Origin: Hyalangium minutum
GTDB taxonomy: Bacteria > Myxococcota > Myxococcia > Myxococcales > Myxococcaceae
NCBI RefSeq assembly: GCF_000737315.1
Contig: NZ_JMCB01000002.1
Span: 20,001 to 268,000 of the forward strand
Length of the DNA: 248,000 bases
Direction: 5' to 3'
Part shown: one piece after another, positions 53,815-71,512 of the stretch
How positions within the stretch are numbered: position 1 is the first letter of the stretch
Layout: every line of letters starts with the position of its first letter
Translations under genes and position numbers: made by a program
Notes under the pieces: model-generated
Seen by the model: the letters and a program-made list of their open reading frames with translations, nothing else
Databases searched by the model: none
Told to the model about the DNA's origin: nothing

Positions 53815-56313
53815 CTACTTGTGGGCGCCCTCGCCCTTCATCGGCGTCTCGATGCGCATGCCGTAGAACGACCGGTACACGAAGACGAGCGACAGGACGA
53901 AGAACACCACGGACAGCACGTGGGTGAGCATGGTGTTGCCGGACTTGTTCAGCTCCACCGCCAGCTCCACCGCGAGCAGGCCGAACAGGGTGGTGAACTT
54001 GATGACCGGGTTGAGCGCCACGGACGAGGTGTCCTTGAACGGATCGCCCACCGTGTCGCCGACCACCGTGGCCGCGTGCAGGTCCGTGCCCTTGGCGCGC
54101 AGCTCCGTCTCCACCAGCTTCTTCGCGTTGTCCCACGCGCCACCCGCGTTCGCCATGAACACGGCCTGGTACAGACCGAAGATGGCGATGGAGATCAGGT
54201 AGCCAATGAAGAAGTACGGCTCGGCGCAGGCGAACGCCAGGGTGCTGAAGAACACGCCCAGGAAGATGTTGAGCATGCCCTTCTGCGCGTACTGGGTGCA
54301 GATCTCCACCACGCGCTTGGAGTCCGTCACGCTCGCCTTCTCCACGCCCTCCAGCTTGATGTTGGCCTTGATGAACTCCACCGCGCGGTAGGCGCCCGTG
54401 GACACCGCCTGCATCGAGGCGCCCGAGAACCAGTAGATGACCGCGCCGCCCGTCACCAGGCCCAGCAGGAAGGGCGCGTGCAGCAGGGACAGGTTGCCCA
54501 GGCCCGCGGCCTTCAGCGACATGATGCCGTTGGTCGTCTCCGTGCCCACCAGCAGCACGATGATGGAGAAGATCATCGTCGTGGCGCCCACCACCGCGGT
54601 GCCGATGAGCACCGGCTTGGCCGTCGCCTTGAACGTGTTGCCCGCGCCGTCGTTCTCCTCCAGGTACTCCTTGCCCTTCTCGAAGTTGGGCGTGAAGCCG
54701 AAGTCCTTGGCCACTTCCTCCTTCACGTTGGGCACGTTCTCGATCAGCGACAGCTCGTACACGCTCTGCGCGTTGTCCGTCACAGGACCGTAGCTGTCCA
54801 CCGCGATGGTGACCGGGCCCATGCCCAGGAAGCCGAACGCCACCAGGCCGAACGCGAACACCGCCGGGGCCAGCATCAGCTCCACCGGCACGGTCGTGCT
54901 CACCCAGAAGGCGGCGCCCATCAGCCCCGCGATGATGATGCCCATCCAGTAGGCGGAGAAGTTACCGGCCACCAGGCCGGAGATGACGTTGAGGCTGGGG
55001 CCACCCTCCTGGCTGGCCTTCACCACCTCGCGCACGTGGCGGCTCTCGGTGGAGGTGAAGGCCTTGACGACCTCCGGGATGATCGCGCCGGCCAGCGTGC
55101 CGCAGGTGATGATCAGCGACAGCTTCCACCACAGCGTGGTGTCATCCGCCAGGTTCGGGATGAGCAGGTAGCTGACCACGAAGGTGAGCGCCACGGACAC
55201 GATCGACGTGAGCCACACCAGGAACGTCAGCGGGTGCTCGAAGTTCATCTTGTCGGCGGTCTTGTACTTGCCGCCCTGGATGATGCCGTTCACGCCGTAG
55301 GACAGCAGGCTGGCCACCACCATCACGATGCGCATCACGAAGATCCACACCAGCAGCTGCACCTGGAACGAAGGGGGCACCGCCAGCAGGATGAAGGTGA
55401 TGAGCGCCACGCCCGTCACGCCGTAGGTCTCGAAGCCGTCCGCCGAGGGGCCCACGCTGTCGCCCGCGTTGTCGCCCGTGCAGTCGGCGATCACGCCGGG
55501 GTTGCGCGCGTCGTCTTCCTTGATCTTGAAGACGATCTTCATCAGGTCCGAGCCGATGTCCGCGATCTTCGTGAAGATACCGCCCGCGATGCGCAGCACC
55601 GAGGCGCCCAGCGACTCGCCGATGGCGAAGCCGATGAAGCACGGGCCCGCGTAGGTGGGCGGGACGAAGATCAGGATGATGAGCATCAGCAACAGCTCGG
55701 TGCTGATGAGCACCATGCCGATGGACATACCGGCCTGCAGCGGGATGGCGTAGGTGGGGTAGGGCTTGCCGCGCAGGGACGCGAACGCCGTGCGGCTGTT
55801 GGCGAACGTGTTCACCCGGATGCCGAACCAGGCCACGCCGTAGCTGCCCGCGATGCCGATGAGGCTGAAGAGGATGATGGCCAGCAGCTTGGCCGGCGCC
55901 TCGCTCAGCATGTGCTGCAGGAAGCCGAAGTAGCCGACCATCACCACCAGCAGCAGCGCCCACAGGCCGAGGATGAACTTGCCCTGGGTGATGAGGTACG
56001 TCTTGCACGTCTCGTAGATGAGCTCGGAGATCTCCAGCATCGACCGGTGCACGGGCAGGTTCTTCAGCTGGCCGTACTGGATGAAGCCGAAGACCAGGCC
56101 GAGCACGCTCACCAGGATGCCGCCCAGCAACAGCTGCTGGCCATTGAGCGCGCCGCCGAGGAAGGACTGAGAGGTAAAGTCAGGGAGGACGAGGTCCGCC
56201 TCGCTGGCGCGGGCGGTGCTACCGGCGAGGACGGCCAGGAGTCCAAGGACTCGGGCAGCCACGCCGGTGACGCCCTGCAGGGGAGCGTCATTCCGTGAAA
56301 CGGTGGGTGTCAT
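53815..56313 (-). CDS. hppA: Membrane-integral pyrophosphatase, probably K+-independent H+-translocating
   Basis: GGIFTKIADIGSDL, DNAGD, GDTVGDPFKD; GNTFKA carries Lys at the K+-dependence position. Confidence 0.9.
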   Translation of the reverse strand: MTPTVSRNDAPLQGVTGVAARVLGLLAVLAGSTARASEADLVLPDFTSQSFLGGALNGQQLLLGGILVSVLGLVFGFIQYGQLKNLPVHRSMLEISELIYETCKTYLITQGKFILGLWALLLVVMVGYFGFLQHMLSEAPAKLLAIILFSLIGIAGSYGVAWFGIRVNTFANSRTAFASLRGKPYPTYAIPLQAGMSIGMVLISTELLLMLIILIFVPPTYAGPCFIGFAIGESLGASVLRIAGGIFTKIADIGSDLMKIVFKIKEDDARNPGVIADCTGDNAGDSVGPSADGFETYGVTGVALITFILLAVPPSFQVQLLVWIFVMRIVMVVASLLSYGVNGIIQGGKYKTADKMNFEHPLTFLVWLTSIVSVALTFVVSYLLIPNLADDTTLWWKLSLIITCGTLAGAIIPEVVKAFTSTESRHVREVVKASQEGGPSLNVISGLVAGNFSAYWMGIIIAGLMGAAFWVSTTVPVELMLAPAVFAFGLVAFGFLGMGPVTIAVDSYGPVTDNAQSVYELSLIENVPNVKEEVAKDFGFTPNFEKGKEYLEENDGAGNTFKATAKPVLIGTAVVGATTMIFSIIVLLVGTETTNGIMSLKAAGLGNLSLLHAPFLLGLVTGGAVIYWFSGASMQAVSTGAYRAVEFIKANIKLEGVEKASVTDSKRVVEICTQYAQKGMLNIFLGVFFSTLAFACAEPYFFIGYLISIAIFGLYQAVFMANAGGAWDNAKKLVETELRAKGTDLHAATVVGDTVGDPFKDTSSVALNPVIKFTTLFGLLAVELAVELNKSGNTMLTHVLSVVFFVLSLVFVYRSFYGMRIETPMKGEGAHK

Positions 56314-56963
56314 GTGGGGTGCAACTCCTCAAGAGAGAAATTCGAGGGGTTGGCCGCCTGCGGGCGGTTACACCGCACGCCGACGCTTCAGCACAGCCTC
56401 GCCCTTCTAGAGCCAGAAGAGCCCAGAAGGCGGCGGCCCCTTAGCACGGGGCGAGTGCGAAAGTCGACTCTTACGGTACGACACGGTCGAAGGGCAGGGG
56501 CCCTCCCCCGAGGTTGATCGGTCTCCCATGGGCTGCCGCGAGGAGAACGTCCCCGTTGGGAACCTCTGCTGCACGTAACGCCTGGCTGTCCCCCAGCACC
56601 AGCGCCCGCGACCCTCTCAAGGCTCCCACGCCCTCACCCGCTCCCAACCCGCCCAACCTTCCCCATCCCCCTGCCCGCCACTCCCCTACACCCCCCCGAC
56701 CGACCCCTGCCCTTCGAACCGCACCTCACCCTTCTGCAAGCACATTGCCAACGCCACGTTGGGGCCGATCCCTCGGGAAGACGCGGGCATGGAGCCTCTC
56801 AACGGCTGGAGAGGGCCCCCGGCTGCCGTAAAAACTCCTGGCTCTGGAGGGCAAGAGAGGGTGAGGAGGTAAAAAGAACGCGCCCGCCTGGGATGCGAGC
56901 ATCCCAGCGGCGGGCGCGGGGGTGGCACAGGGCACACCCGGGACCTACAAGTTGCAGTGCGAA

Positions 56964-57539
56964 CTAGTTCACCTTGACCTGGAGCTCCTTGAGGACCTCA
57001 TCGCCGCGCATGACGCTCACGGTCCAGTTGCCCGCCTTGTTCAGGCGCACACCGGTCCACTGGCGGGCGCGCCAGCCGTCGCCCTTGACCTTGACGTCCT
57101 TCGTCTCGCGCACGGTGGCGCCCTGCTTGGTCTGGACCATGATGTCCTCGATGGAGTCACCCTGGGGCACCAGGTAGGCCTGCCACAGCATCACGGTGGT
57201 GTTGGCCTTCACGCCAGCGGCGGGATCCACCTCGGCGGTGCACTCGAACTTGTTGGGGCCGTCCTTGGCCACCTCGGTGCACAGCTTGGCCTCGACGAGC
57301 ACCGGGCCCTGGCCCTGGCCCTTGTAGAAGTAGTCCCACGTGTTCTTCACCGCTTCGGCGCCCGGCTTGGTCACGGGCGTGGCCGTCGGAGCCGCGGTGG
57401 GGGCCGCCTCCTGGGCCAGCGCCACAGGCGACAGAGTCAGGGCCGCAACCACCACAGTCCGAGTCAGCATCTTCTTCATTGAAAGAGTCCCCTCCGTTGA
57501 GAGCCAGACACATGCCAGCTCGGAGGCCGCCTCTAGCAT
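56964..57539 (-). CDS. Exported protein (DUF2914-like)
   Basis: Signal peptide; GWRARQW..AGNWTV. Confidence 0.5.
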   Translation of the reverse strand: MLEAASELACVWLSTEGTLSMKKMLTRTVVVAALTLSPVALAQEAAPTAAPTATPVTKPGAEAVKNTWDYFYKGQGQGPVLVEAKLCTEVAKDGPNKFECTAEVDPAAGVKANTTVMLWQAYLVPQGDSIEDIMVQTKQGATVRETKDVKVKGDGWRARQWTGVRLNKAGNWTVSVMRGDEVLKELQVKVN

Positions 57540-57641
57540 GAATCTCGCCGCGCACCCATGTGCGGTTCTGGCGGGGCGAGTGCTTCAAAGTGCGCCCAGC
57601 GCGGGCGTGAATAGGCCCGGGGCCCGGGCGTTCCACGGATC

Positions 57642-58385
57642 ATGCTTCGACTGCTCGCCGTGCTCGCCGTGTGGGGGCCTCTGGTGTGGAGCGCCCCGCA
57701 AGCCCACGCTGCTGGGAAGAAGCCGTCCCCCGTGGCCCAGAAGCCCGGGACGACGCCGGGTGCCGCCTCGACGAAGATGCGGAGTGCGCCTCCTTCCCGG
57801 CCACGCAGTGCGTCACGCGCCTCGCGGGAGCTGGGCGCGCGCATCGCCACCCGGGCCTCGAGGCTGGTGGGCGTCACCTCGCTGCGCAAAGTGGACACGT
57901 CGGTGCCGGACGACTGCACGGGGGTCGTGCGGCTGGCCTACGAGAGCGTGGGCATCGAATTGATGACAGGAATAGGGCGGGCCGGTGACAACGGTGTCAC
58001 GCACATCTACCAGCGCGCGCGGAGCGTGGGAGCCCTGCACAAAAGCCGGCCCCAGCCGGGAGACCTCGTCTTCTTCCGGGAGACGTATGACCGCGACCGG
58101 GATGGGCGGCGCGATGATGGCCTCACGCACGTGGCTGTCGTCGAGCGCGTGGAAGCGGATGGGACTGTCACCTTCGTCCACCGTGGCAGCAAGGGCGTGG
58201 CGCGGTCTCGGATGAACTTGAGCGCTCCCAAAGTCCACCGTGCGCGAGGCAGCAACGCGGTGGTGAATGACTACCTGCGTCAAGCCTCGCAGGGCCGCCG
58301 CGCGTATCTGACGGGGGAGCTGTTCGCGGGCTTTGCCTCTCCGGGCCCGCTGGCCCAGGCAAACACCGCCTCGGCGCGCCGCTGA
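57642..58385 (+). CDS. NlpC/P60-CHAP family protein
   Basis: DDCTG; PGDLVFF; THVAVV. Confidence 0.8.
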   Translation: MLRLLAVLAVWGPLVWSAPQAHAAGKKPSPVAQKPGTTPGAASTKMRSAPPSRPRSASRASRELGARIATRASRLVGVTSLRKVDTSVPDDCTGVVRLAYESVGIELMTGIGRAGDNGVTHIYQRARSVGALHKSRPQPGDLVFFRETYDRDRDGRRDDGLTHVAVVERVEADGTVTFVHRGSKGVARSRMNLSAPKVHRARGSNAVVNDYLRQASQGRRAYLTGELFAGFASPGPLAQANTASARR

Positions 58386-58400
58386 TCCACACGCCAGAAG

Positions 58401-58802
58401 ATGTGGGAGGAATTCGGGTTTACCTCAAGTGCATCGGCGCTCATTTATGGCTCAAGTGCACTGCCCGCGCGTGGGATGTCAGCCGCGGATGGCATATCCC
58501 CCATGAAAGAGGTGCCCATGAGCTGTGCCGCCGTCACCGTGAATCGCTCGTTGATCCTGCTGGCCATCGCCTGGGGTGTCATTCCCGTAGCGGTCTTCCA
58601 AGCGGTGACGATGACGGGCCAGGATGACGCGGTGGCGGTCCACAGCGGATGGGAGCCCGAGCCTGGGAGCGACACCCTCTCGTCCCCGCTGAGCGAGCCG
58701 CCCCCGTGCAAGCTCGACCATACGGCGGGGCTGCTCCCCGCGCTCAGCATGGCCATCACTCAGCCGAACAGGAAGAACGCCAGCGTCACGAACGGCAGGT
58801 AG
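58401..58802 (+). CDS. Hypothetical protein
   Basis: ORF only. Confidence 0.3.
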   Translation: MWEEFGFTSSASALIYGSSALPARGMSAADGISPMKEVPMSCAAVTVNRSLILLAIAWGVIPVAVFQAVTMTGQDDAVAVHSGWEPEPGSDTLSSPLSEPPPCKLDHTAGLLPALSMAITQPNRKNASVTNGR

Positions 58803-60103
58803 AGCAGGAAAGCCAGCAGCAAGAAGCCGAGGATGTCTTTGAACTCGAGCCGCGCCACGGTGAGCAACGGCAGGGCCCAGAAGGGCTGGATGAGATCCGT
58901 GGCCATGTCTCCCCACGCGTACGCCAGCACCACCTTCTCCGGCGCCACGCCCAGCGAGGACGCCGCGTTCAGCAGGTAGGGCGCCTCGATGGCCCACTTG
59001 GAGCCGCCCGAGGGTACGAAGTAGTTCACCACCCCGCTGTAGAGGTAGACGATGGCGGGGAACGTCTCGCGCGTGGAGAGCGACACGAACAGCTCGCCGA
59101 TTCGGTCGGTGAGTCCGGTGGCCTTGAAGATGCCGTAGATGCCCGCGTACAGCGGGAACTGCAGGACGATGCCATGCAGCACGGAGCCGGCCTCCTCGCT
59201 GGCCTTGAGCAGCCGGGCCGGGGTGAGGTGCAGCAACACCGCCAGCGTGAGGAACAGGAAGTTCACCACGTTGAGATTGAGGGCCCTCCAGCCCCCGTTG
59301 AGCGCCAGGTGTCGCGCGAACCACGCCAGCCCGAGCACGCCGAAGATGACATTGAGCAGCCACGCGTGATCCAGCCATACCGCGACGCTGCGCTCGGTGG
59401 GGCGCTCGGGGGGAACGAAGTCGCCCAGCTTCTCCAGCACTGCGGGCTCCACCTTCACCGTGGCCTCGGGCTTGGGGTGCAGCGCCCAGGCCAGCACCGC
59501 GAGCCCCGCCACCACCGCCACCGTGAGCCCCAGGTTGAACGCGGAGAACAGGGTGAGATTGATGGGAATGATGCCCAGCTGCTTCTCCAGGAAGTGCCCC
59601 GGCGTGGCCACCAGCAGCGGGGCGGAGGCCGACAGGCCCGCATGCCAGGTGGCGCCCAGGCCGAAGTAGGCGCAGGCCACCAGCAGGCGATAGTCCACGT
59701 CCGGCTGCCGCCTCGCCACGAAGCGCACCAGCATGGCGCTGGCCACCAGCGAGAGGCCCCAGTTGATGTAGGCCAGGCCCATGGAGACGCCGGCCATCAG
59801 CGCCACCGCGCCCCGAGGGCTCTTCGCCAGGCCCGCCAGCCGCTCCAGCAGCGTGCGCACCGGGGAGGTGAGGGCCAGCAGGTAGCCGGTGAACATCACC
59901 AGCGCCATCTGCATGGAGAAGGGGAGCAGCTCCCAGAAGCCACCGCCCCAGGCGCCCAGCACCTGCTCGGGCGAGGCGCCCGCCCACCCGAGGGCGAGCC
60001 CCATCGTGAGCAGGCTGAGCAGGACGGCAATGGCAAACGCGCTCGGGACGAAGCGCGAGGAGAAGCGGCCGAGTCCTTCCGCGATCCGGACGAGGGTCTC
60101 CAC
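58760..60103 (-). CDS. atoE: Short-chain fatty acid transporter (AtoE family)
   Basis: FSMQMALV; WHAGLSASAPL; FVPSGGSKW. Confidence 0.85.
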   Translation of the reverse strand: METLVRIAEGLGRFSSRFVPSAFAIAVLLSLLTMGLALGWAGASPEQVLGAWGGGFWELLPFSMQMALVMFTGYLLALTSPVRTLLERLAGLAKSPRGAVALMAGVSMGLAYINWGLSLVASAMLVRFVARRQPDVDYRLLVACAYFGLGATWHAGLSASAPLLVATPGHFLEKQLGIIPINLTLFSAFNLGLTVAVVAGLAVLAWALHPKPEATVKVEPAVLEKLGDFVPPERPTERSVAVWLDHAWLLNVIFGVLGLAWFARHLALNGGWRALNLNVVNFLFLTLAVLLHLTPARLLKASEEAGSVLHGIVLQFPLYAGIYGIFKATGLTDRIGELFVSLSTRETFPAIVYLYSGVVNYFVPSGGSKWAIEAPYLLNAASSLGVAPEKVVLAYAWGDMATDLIQPFWALPLLTVARLEFKDILGFLLLAFLLYLPFVTLAFFLFG

Positions 60104-60249
60104 GAGCGGGCTCCAGTCAATCGCAAGGTGGGCCTTGCGGGCGGCGTCGAAGAGAGCGTTTTACGGTAAGCGCTGGAGGAAGTCGCCTTTCCACGCGCCG
60201 TGGAAGGAGGCTCGACACGCGAACCGAGCCGCGATAGCCCGGAGCCATC

Positions 60250-61068
60250 ATGTACCACCTGCTCAAGCTCGGCCCCGTGCAGCTCTCCCAGGACACCACG
60301 AACGTGTACCTACGGGTGACAAGCGCGGGGGACTTCGCGCCGCCCGTCTTCGAGCACGATGACGAGGCCGGTGTGCAGGCCCTGCTCGAGGGCGTGGAGC
60401 CTTCGGGCGTGAGCTGCGAGCCCGGCCTGGCGGAGGTCGCGGAGCGCCTGGGGCTCCGCGTGGAGTCTCCGCCACTGGAGGTGCTCTCGGCGCGCGCGGC
60501 CATTGGCACCTTCATGGCGTGGGAGCAGCGAGGCGTTGCGGGGCTCGGGGCGGACAAGGCGCTGCTCTTCGTCCAGGCCGCCACCGAATTCTATGAGGCC
60601 CGGCCGTGGAAGCACTGGGATGACAGCCAGCCGTTCCACATCAGCGTCTCCGGCGCGCTCACGCGCACGTACGAGGGCAGCGTCTTCGGCGGAGAGGACG
60701 GTGGCGAGGGGCTCGCGCTCTACGAGCAGGCTGGGGCCCTCAAGGTGCTGATGGACCTGCAGGGGAGCGGCAAGGACGCCGCCGCCAGCCAGCTGCCCGC
60801 CATTGGCGTCACGCTGGACACGCGGCCTGAGTACGCCATTCAGGCGCTGGCCGCCGCGGGCCGCGCGCCCCGGTTACCCCTGCCGCTCAAGACGGGCCCT
60901 TCGGGGGTCTCCATGCCGTCCCTGGTGGAGGCGCTGGTGCTGGTGGCCACGCTGCGGGCAGTGGCTCGGCTGGATTTGACGCGGCGTGAAGCCCTGAGCA
61001 CCGTGGTTGCGGGCCAGGAGCAGATGTCCGTCCGAGTGCTTGCCCCTCAGCCGCGCGTGCGGAACTAA
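60250..61068 (+). CDS. Hypothetical protein
   Basis: 272-aa ORF. Confidence 0.55.
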   Translation: MYHLLKLGPVQLSQDTTNVYLRVTSAGDFAPPVFEHDDEAGVQALLEGVEPSGVSCEPGLAEVAERLGLRVESPPLEVLSARAAIGTFMAWEQRGVAGLGADKALLFVQAATEFYEARPWKHWDDSQPFHISVSGALTRTYEGSVFGGEDGGEGLALYEQAGALKVLMDLQGSGKDAAASQLPAIGVTLDTRPEYAIQALAAAGRAPRLPLPLKTGPSGVSMPSLVEALVLVATLRAVARLDLTRREALSTVVAGQEQMSVRVLAPQPRVRN

Positions 61069-61239
61069 AGCGTTCGGTAGCAGACGTTGCAGGGGCAGGA
61101 CTGTCTCCTACCCACCAAGCGGACACGGGGCCGGGGCTGGCGTGTCCAGCAGGAATCAAAGAGAACTTCGCTCCGCTCAGTATTCCCGTGTCCACGGCGA
61201 GGGACCGCTTTGACCGCCGTGGACCAGCCAGGGGCTCGA

Positions 61240-67742
<6,503 letters not shown>

Positions 67743-67746
<4 letters not shown>

Positions 67747-68576
67747 GCAGCGTCACCCACAGCGCGGAGCTGGAGTCCCTCGAGGTGGAGCTGCTCCTCG
67801 AGGGCGTCCGGCGCCAGTATGGCTTTGACCTGCGCAACCACTCGCGGCCGCTGCTGTTGCGGCGGCTGCGGCGGCACCTGCGCGAGGAACGGCTGGAGAC
67901 CTTCTCCGGGCTGCAGGGCCGCGTGCTGCACGACCCGGAGGCGATGGAGGGCCTGCTGCGCGCCCTGGCCTGTCCTCCCGACACGCTCTTCTCCGACCCG
68001 TCCTTCTTCCAGGACTTCCGTGCGCGCGTGGTGCCCATGCTGCGCACCTACCCGTCCATCCGCGTGTGGCATGCGGGCTGCTACTCGGGCGAGGACACCT
68101 ACGCGCTGGCCATCCTGCTGATGGAGGAGGGGCTCTGGGGGCGCTGCCGCTTGTATGCCTCGGATGCCAGCGGTGGGCTGCTGTCGGACGCGCGCAACGG
68201 CGTGCTGCGGCTGCCTGGCGAGGAGGACGCGCGCAACTACCGCGAGGCTGGTGGCAAGCGCGCGCTGACGGACTACTACACCCGCGACGGGGACTGGGCG
68301 GTGCTGCACCCCAGCCTGCGCGAGGGCATCTTCTTCACCCAGCACAACCTGGCCACGGACGCCTCCTTCAACGAGTTCCAGGTCATCTTGTGCCGGGATA
68401 CGCTGCTGGCCTACAACCGGGCCCTGGCCAGCCGCGCCCATGAGCGCCTCTACGAGAGCCTCGTGCGGTTCGGCTTCCTGTGCCTGGGCCGCAAGGAGAC
68501 CTTGGCTCGCACGCCTTACGCGGCGGCGTACGAGGAGCTGGAAGGCACGGGCCGCGTGTACCGGAGGACCGCATGA
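67743..68576 (+). CDS. cheR: CheR-type methyltransferase
   Basis: [14 protein letters not shown]; FQVILCRD. Confidence 0.85.
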
Positions 68577-69115
68577 GCCCCCTGGGGCTGTTGGTGGTCG
68601 GCGCACCGCATGAGGCCTCGGCCGAGGTGGAGGCCCTGCTCGCCTCGCTTCCGTCGAGTCTGCCCGTCCCCGTGGTGCTGGTGGTCCACCGCCGCGCCCA
68701 GGAGCTGCTGGCCGGCTCGCTGGCCCGCCGCTGCCCCCTGCCCGTGCTCGAGCCGGACGACAAGGACGAGCTCGTCGCTGGCCGCGTGTACCTGGCGCCC
68801 TCGGGCTATCACCTGCTGGTGGACCGTGGCTGCGTCTGCCTCTCGCGCGAGCCCGCCGAGCATGGCCAGCGGCCCGCCGTGGATCCGCTCTTCGAGTCCG
68901 CCGCGGATGCCTATGGCCCCGCCGCCGCCGCGCTGCTCTTCAGCGGTCACGACGACGGCTGGGCCGGGCTGGCCACGCTGGGGGCTCGCGGAGGACACGT
69001 GGCCGTCATCGGCGAGGGCGAGCCCGTGGAGGGCGTGGAGCGCGTCCCGCTGAAGGATGTGAAGGTCTGGCTGGCCCGGTTGTCCTACGTGCCTCGAATG
69101 AAGGTGCAACCGTGA
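68573..69115 (+). CDS. cheB: CheB-like methylesterase domain, degenerate active site
   Basis: APSGYHL; RPAVDPLFESAA; GAPHEA replaces GASxGG. Confidence 0.75.
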   Translation: MSPLGLLVVGAPHEASAEVEALLASLPSSLPVPVVLVVHRRAQELLAGSLARRCPLPVLEPDDKDELVAGRVYLAPSGYHLLVDRGCVCLSREPAEHGQRPAVDPLFESAADAYGPAAAALLFSGHDDGWAGLATLGARGGHVAVIGEGEPVEGVERVPLKDVKVWLARLSYVPRMKVQP

Positions 69116-70788
69116 GTGTTCCGTTGAAGGACAAGGTCCCCATCCTCATGGTGGACGATCAGCCCGAGGGGTTGATGGCGCTGGAAGCGACGCTCGCTCC
69201 GCTGGGGCAGCAGCTCGTCATCGCCCAGAGCGGCCGCGAGGCGCTGCGCCACCTGCTGCACCAGGACTTCGCCGTGGTGCTGCTGGACGTGGTGATGCCG
69301 GACATGGATGGGTTCGAGACGGCCCAGCTCATCCGCGAGCGCGAGCGCAGCCGCAACACTCCCATCCTCTTCCTCACCGCCTTGTCCCGGGGCGAGGTGC
69401 CCGAGTTCCGCGCCTACGCGGTGGGCGCGGTGGACTACCTGCTCAAGCCCTTCGAGCCGGACATCCTCCGCTCCAAGGTGAACATCTTCGTGGACCTGTT
69501 CCGCAAGACGGAGATGGTGCGCCGCCAGGCGGAGGCTCTGCGCGAGGCCGAGCGGCGCGAGCACGAGCGCGAGCTGGCCGCTGCCCACCAGCGGCTGGAG
69601 GTGGAGCGCTCCCGCTGGCGCGAGGAGCTGCTGCGCAAGGAGATGGAGACGGGCCGCAACCAGCAGCGCTGGCTGGAGGCGGTGCTGGCCGCGCTGCCCA
69701 CGCCTCTGGCGCTCCTGGAGCCAAGCACCGGGCACACCCTCTTCGCCAACCGCGCTGCCCAGGAGCTGGCGGACGGCTGCCTCATCTACCGCGAGGCCCG
69801 GCAGCTTCACCCGGAGGTGTCCTTCATGGACGCCGAGGGCAAGGCGCTGCCCCACGAGGCCCTGCCCACCTCGCGCGCCGCTCGGGGCGAGCGGCTCAAT
69901 GGCGTGCCCGTGGAGTGGCGCCAGGGCGAGCAGCACGGCGCGGCGCTGGCCTTCTCCTCGCGGCTGCCGCAGATGCACGGCCGCCCGGAGACCGTACTGC
70001 TGGCCCTGCTGGACGTGACGGCGCTGCATGTCACCGAGAAGAACCTCCAGCGCGCGGTGCACGTGCGTGATGACTTCCTCTCCCTGGCCAGCCATGAGCT
70101 GCGCACCCCGCTCACCTCGCTCAAGGTCCACATCCAGGGCGCCCTGCGTGCCGCGGCCCGCCGCAACGAGGAGGCGCTCCCCATGGCCCAGTACGTCGCC
70201 AAGCTGGAGACGCTGGACCACAACGTCAGCCGGCTCACGGAGCTGGTGGACAAGCTGCTGGACATCTCCCGCATCAACGCGGGCCGCCTCGACTTCGAGC
70301 TGACGGAAGTGGACCTGGCGGCAGTGGTGCGCGAGGTGGTCTCACGCTTCTCCGAGGAGGTGTCTCGGGCAGGTTGCACGCTCGCGGTGCAGGCCGAGCA
70401 CCGCGTGGTCGGCAAGTGGGACCGGAACCGGGTGGAGCAGGTGGTGACGAACCTGCTCACCAACGCCCTCAAGTATGGCGCCGGCGCGCCCGTGGAGGTC
70501 TCGGTGCGCGAGGAGGCCACCCACGCCGTCCTGGAGATTCGCGATCAGGGGATCGGCATCCAGGAGGAGGATCGCCGCCGCATCTTCGAGCGCTTCGAGC
70601 GGGCCGTTCCCCATGACAACTACAGCGGCTTCGGGCTGGGGTTGTGGATCGTCCAGGAGATCGTCACCGGTCTGGGTGGCTCGGTGGCGGTCGAGAGCTC
70701 TCCGGGCAAGGGTGCCCTCTTCCGAGTACAGCTGCCCTGGACGCGTGAGCCGCAAGCGGGTGAGTGGCGGCGGGCTGCCCAGGCATGA
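69112..70788 (+). CDS. Hybrid REC-PAS histidine kinase
   Basis: N-terminal REC; ASHELRTPL. Confidence 0.9.
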   Translation: MSVPLKDKVPILMVDDQPEGLMALEATLAPLGQQLVIAQSGREALRHLLHQDFAVVLLDVVMPDMDGFETAQLIRERERSRNTPILFLTALSRGEVPEFRAYAVGAVDYLLKPFEPDILRSKVNIFVDLFRKTEMVRRQAEALREAERREHERELAAAHQRLEVERSRWREELLRKEMETGRNQQRWLEAVLAALPTPLALLEPSTGHTLFANRAAQELADGCLIYREARQLHPEVSFMDAEGKALPHEALPTSRAARGERLNGVPVEWRQGEQHGAALAFSSRLPQMHGRPETVLLALLDVTALHVTEKNLQRAVHVRDDFLSLASHELRTPLTSLKVHIQGALRAAARRNEEALPMAQYVAKLETLDHNVSRLTELVDKLLDISRINAGRLDFELTEVDLAAVVREVVSRFSEEVSRAGCTLAVQAEHRVVGKWDRNRVEQVVTNLLTNALKYGAGAPVEVSVREEATHAVLEIRDQGIGIQEEDRRRIFERFERAVPHDNYSGFGLGLWIVQEIVTGLGGSVAVESSPGKGALFRVQLPWTREPQAGEWRRAAQA

Positions 70789-70854
70789 ACACGAGCCCTC
70801 CATAAACTCCAAAGAAAAGGTTGATTTACAAAACATCGTAGGCAAGGTGGGGGG

Positions 70855-71259
70855 GTGAGTGACGCGGTCATCCCCCCGCGGGTTCAGCGGTTCATCTCGA
70901 CGCACATCGACTCCATCGAGAAGCTGGAAGTCTTGTTGTTGTTGCGGGCGCGTGCAGAGCGGGAGTGGACTGCCCGCGACGTGAGCCTGGAGCTGCGCAT
71001 CACCGATGCCTCGGCGGCGGCGCGCCTGCAGGACCTCACCGCGCGCCGGCTCCTGGTGGAGAAGGCGGGCTCTCCCTCCAGCTATCGCTTCCAGCCGGCC
71101 AGCTCCGAGGACGAGCAGGCCGTGGCGGAACTGCAGGAGACCTACAACACGCGGCGGGTGAGCGTCATCTCATTCATCTTCTCAAAGCCCTTGGACAAGG
71201 TGCGGGGCTTCGCGGATGCGTTCCGCCTGAAGCGAGACAAGGACGACGGCCATGGCTGA
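70855..71259 (+). CDS. Winged-helix-like hypothetical protein
   Basis: HIDSIEKLEVLLLL. Confidence 0.6.
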   Translation: MSDAVIPPRVQRFISTHIDSIEKLEVLLLLRARAEREWTARDVSLELRITDASAAARLQDLTARRLLVEKAGSPSSYRFQPASSEDEQAVAELQETYNTRRVSVISFIFSKPLDKVRGFADAFRLKRDKDDGHG

Positions 71260-71512
71260 GGCGGTCTACATCCTCTGTGCTCTCACGAGCGTGGCGTGCG
71301 CGGTGCTGCTGCTGCGAGGCTACTCCCGCTCGGGCCAGCGCCTGTTGCTGTGGAGCGGGCTGTGCTTCGTGGCGCTGGCCCTCAGCAATGTGCTGCTCTT
71401 CGTAGACCTGGTGCTCATAGGGCCGGAAACGGACTTGAGCCTCTTGCGCATCTCGCTGGCACTGCTGGGGGTGGCCACGCTGCTCTACGGCTTGATCTGG
71501 GACTCGCAATGA
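71252..71512 (+). CDS. DUF5985-like small membrane protein
   Basis: YILCALTS..C..LLLWSGLCF. Confidence 0.75.
   Translation: MAEAVYILCALTSVACAVLLLRGYSRSGQRLLLWSGLCFVALALSNVLLFVDLVLIGPETDLSLLRISLALLGVATLLYGLIWDSQ

Noticed and set aside
56314-56960. Long C-rich intergenic region upstream of hppA as possible riboswitch or ncRNA
   Set aside because: No recognisable conserved structure by eye; needs an Rfam search.
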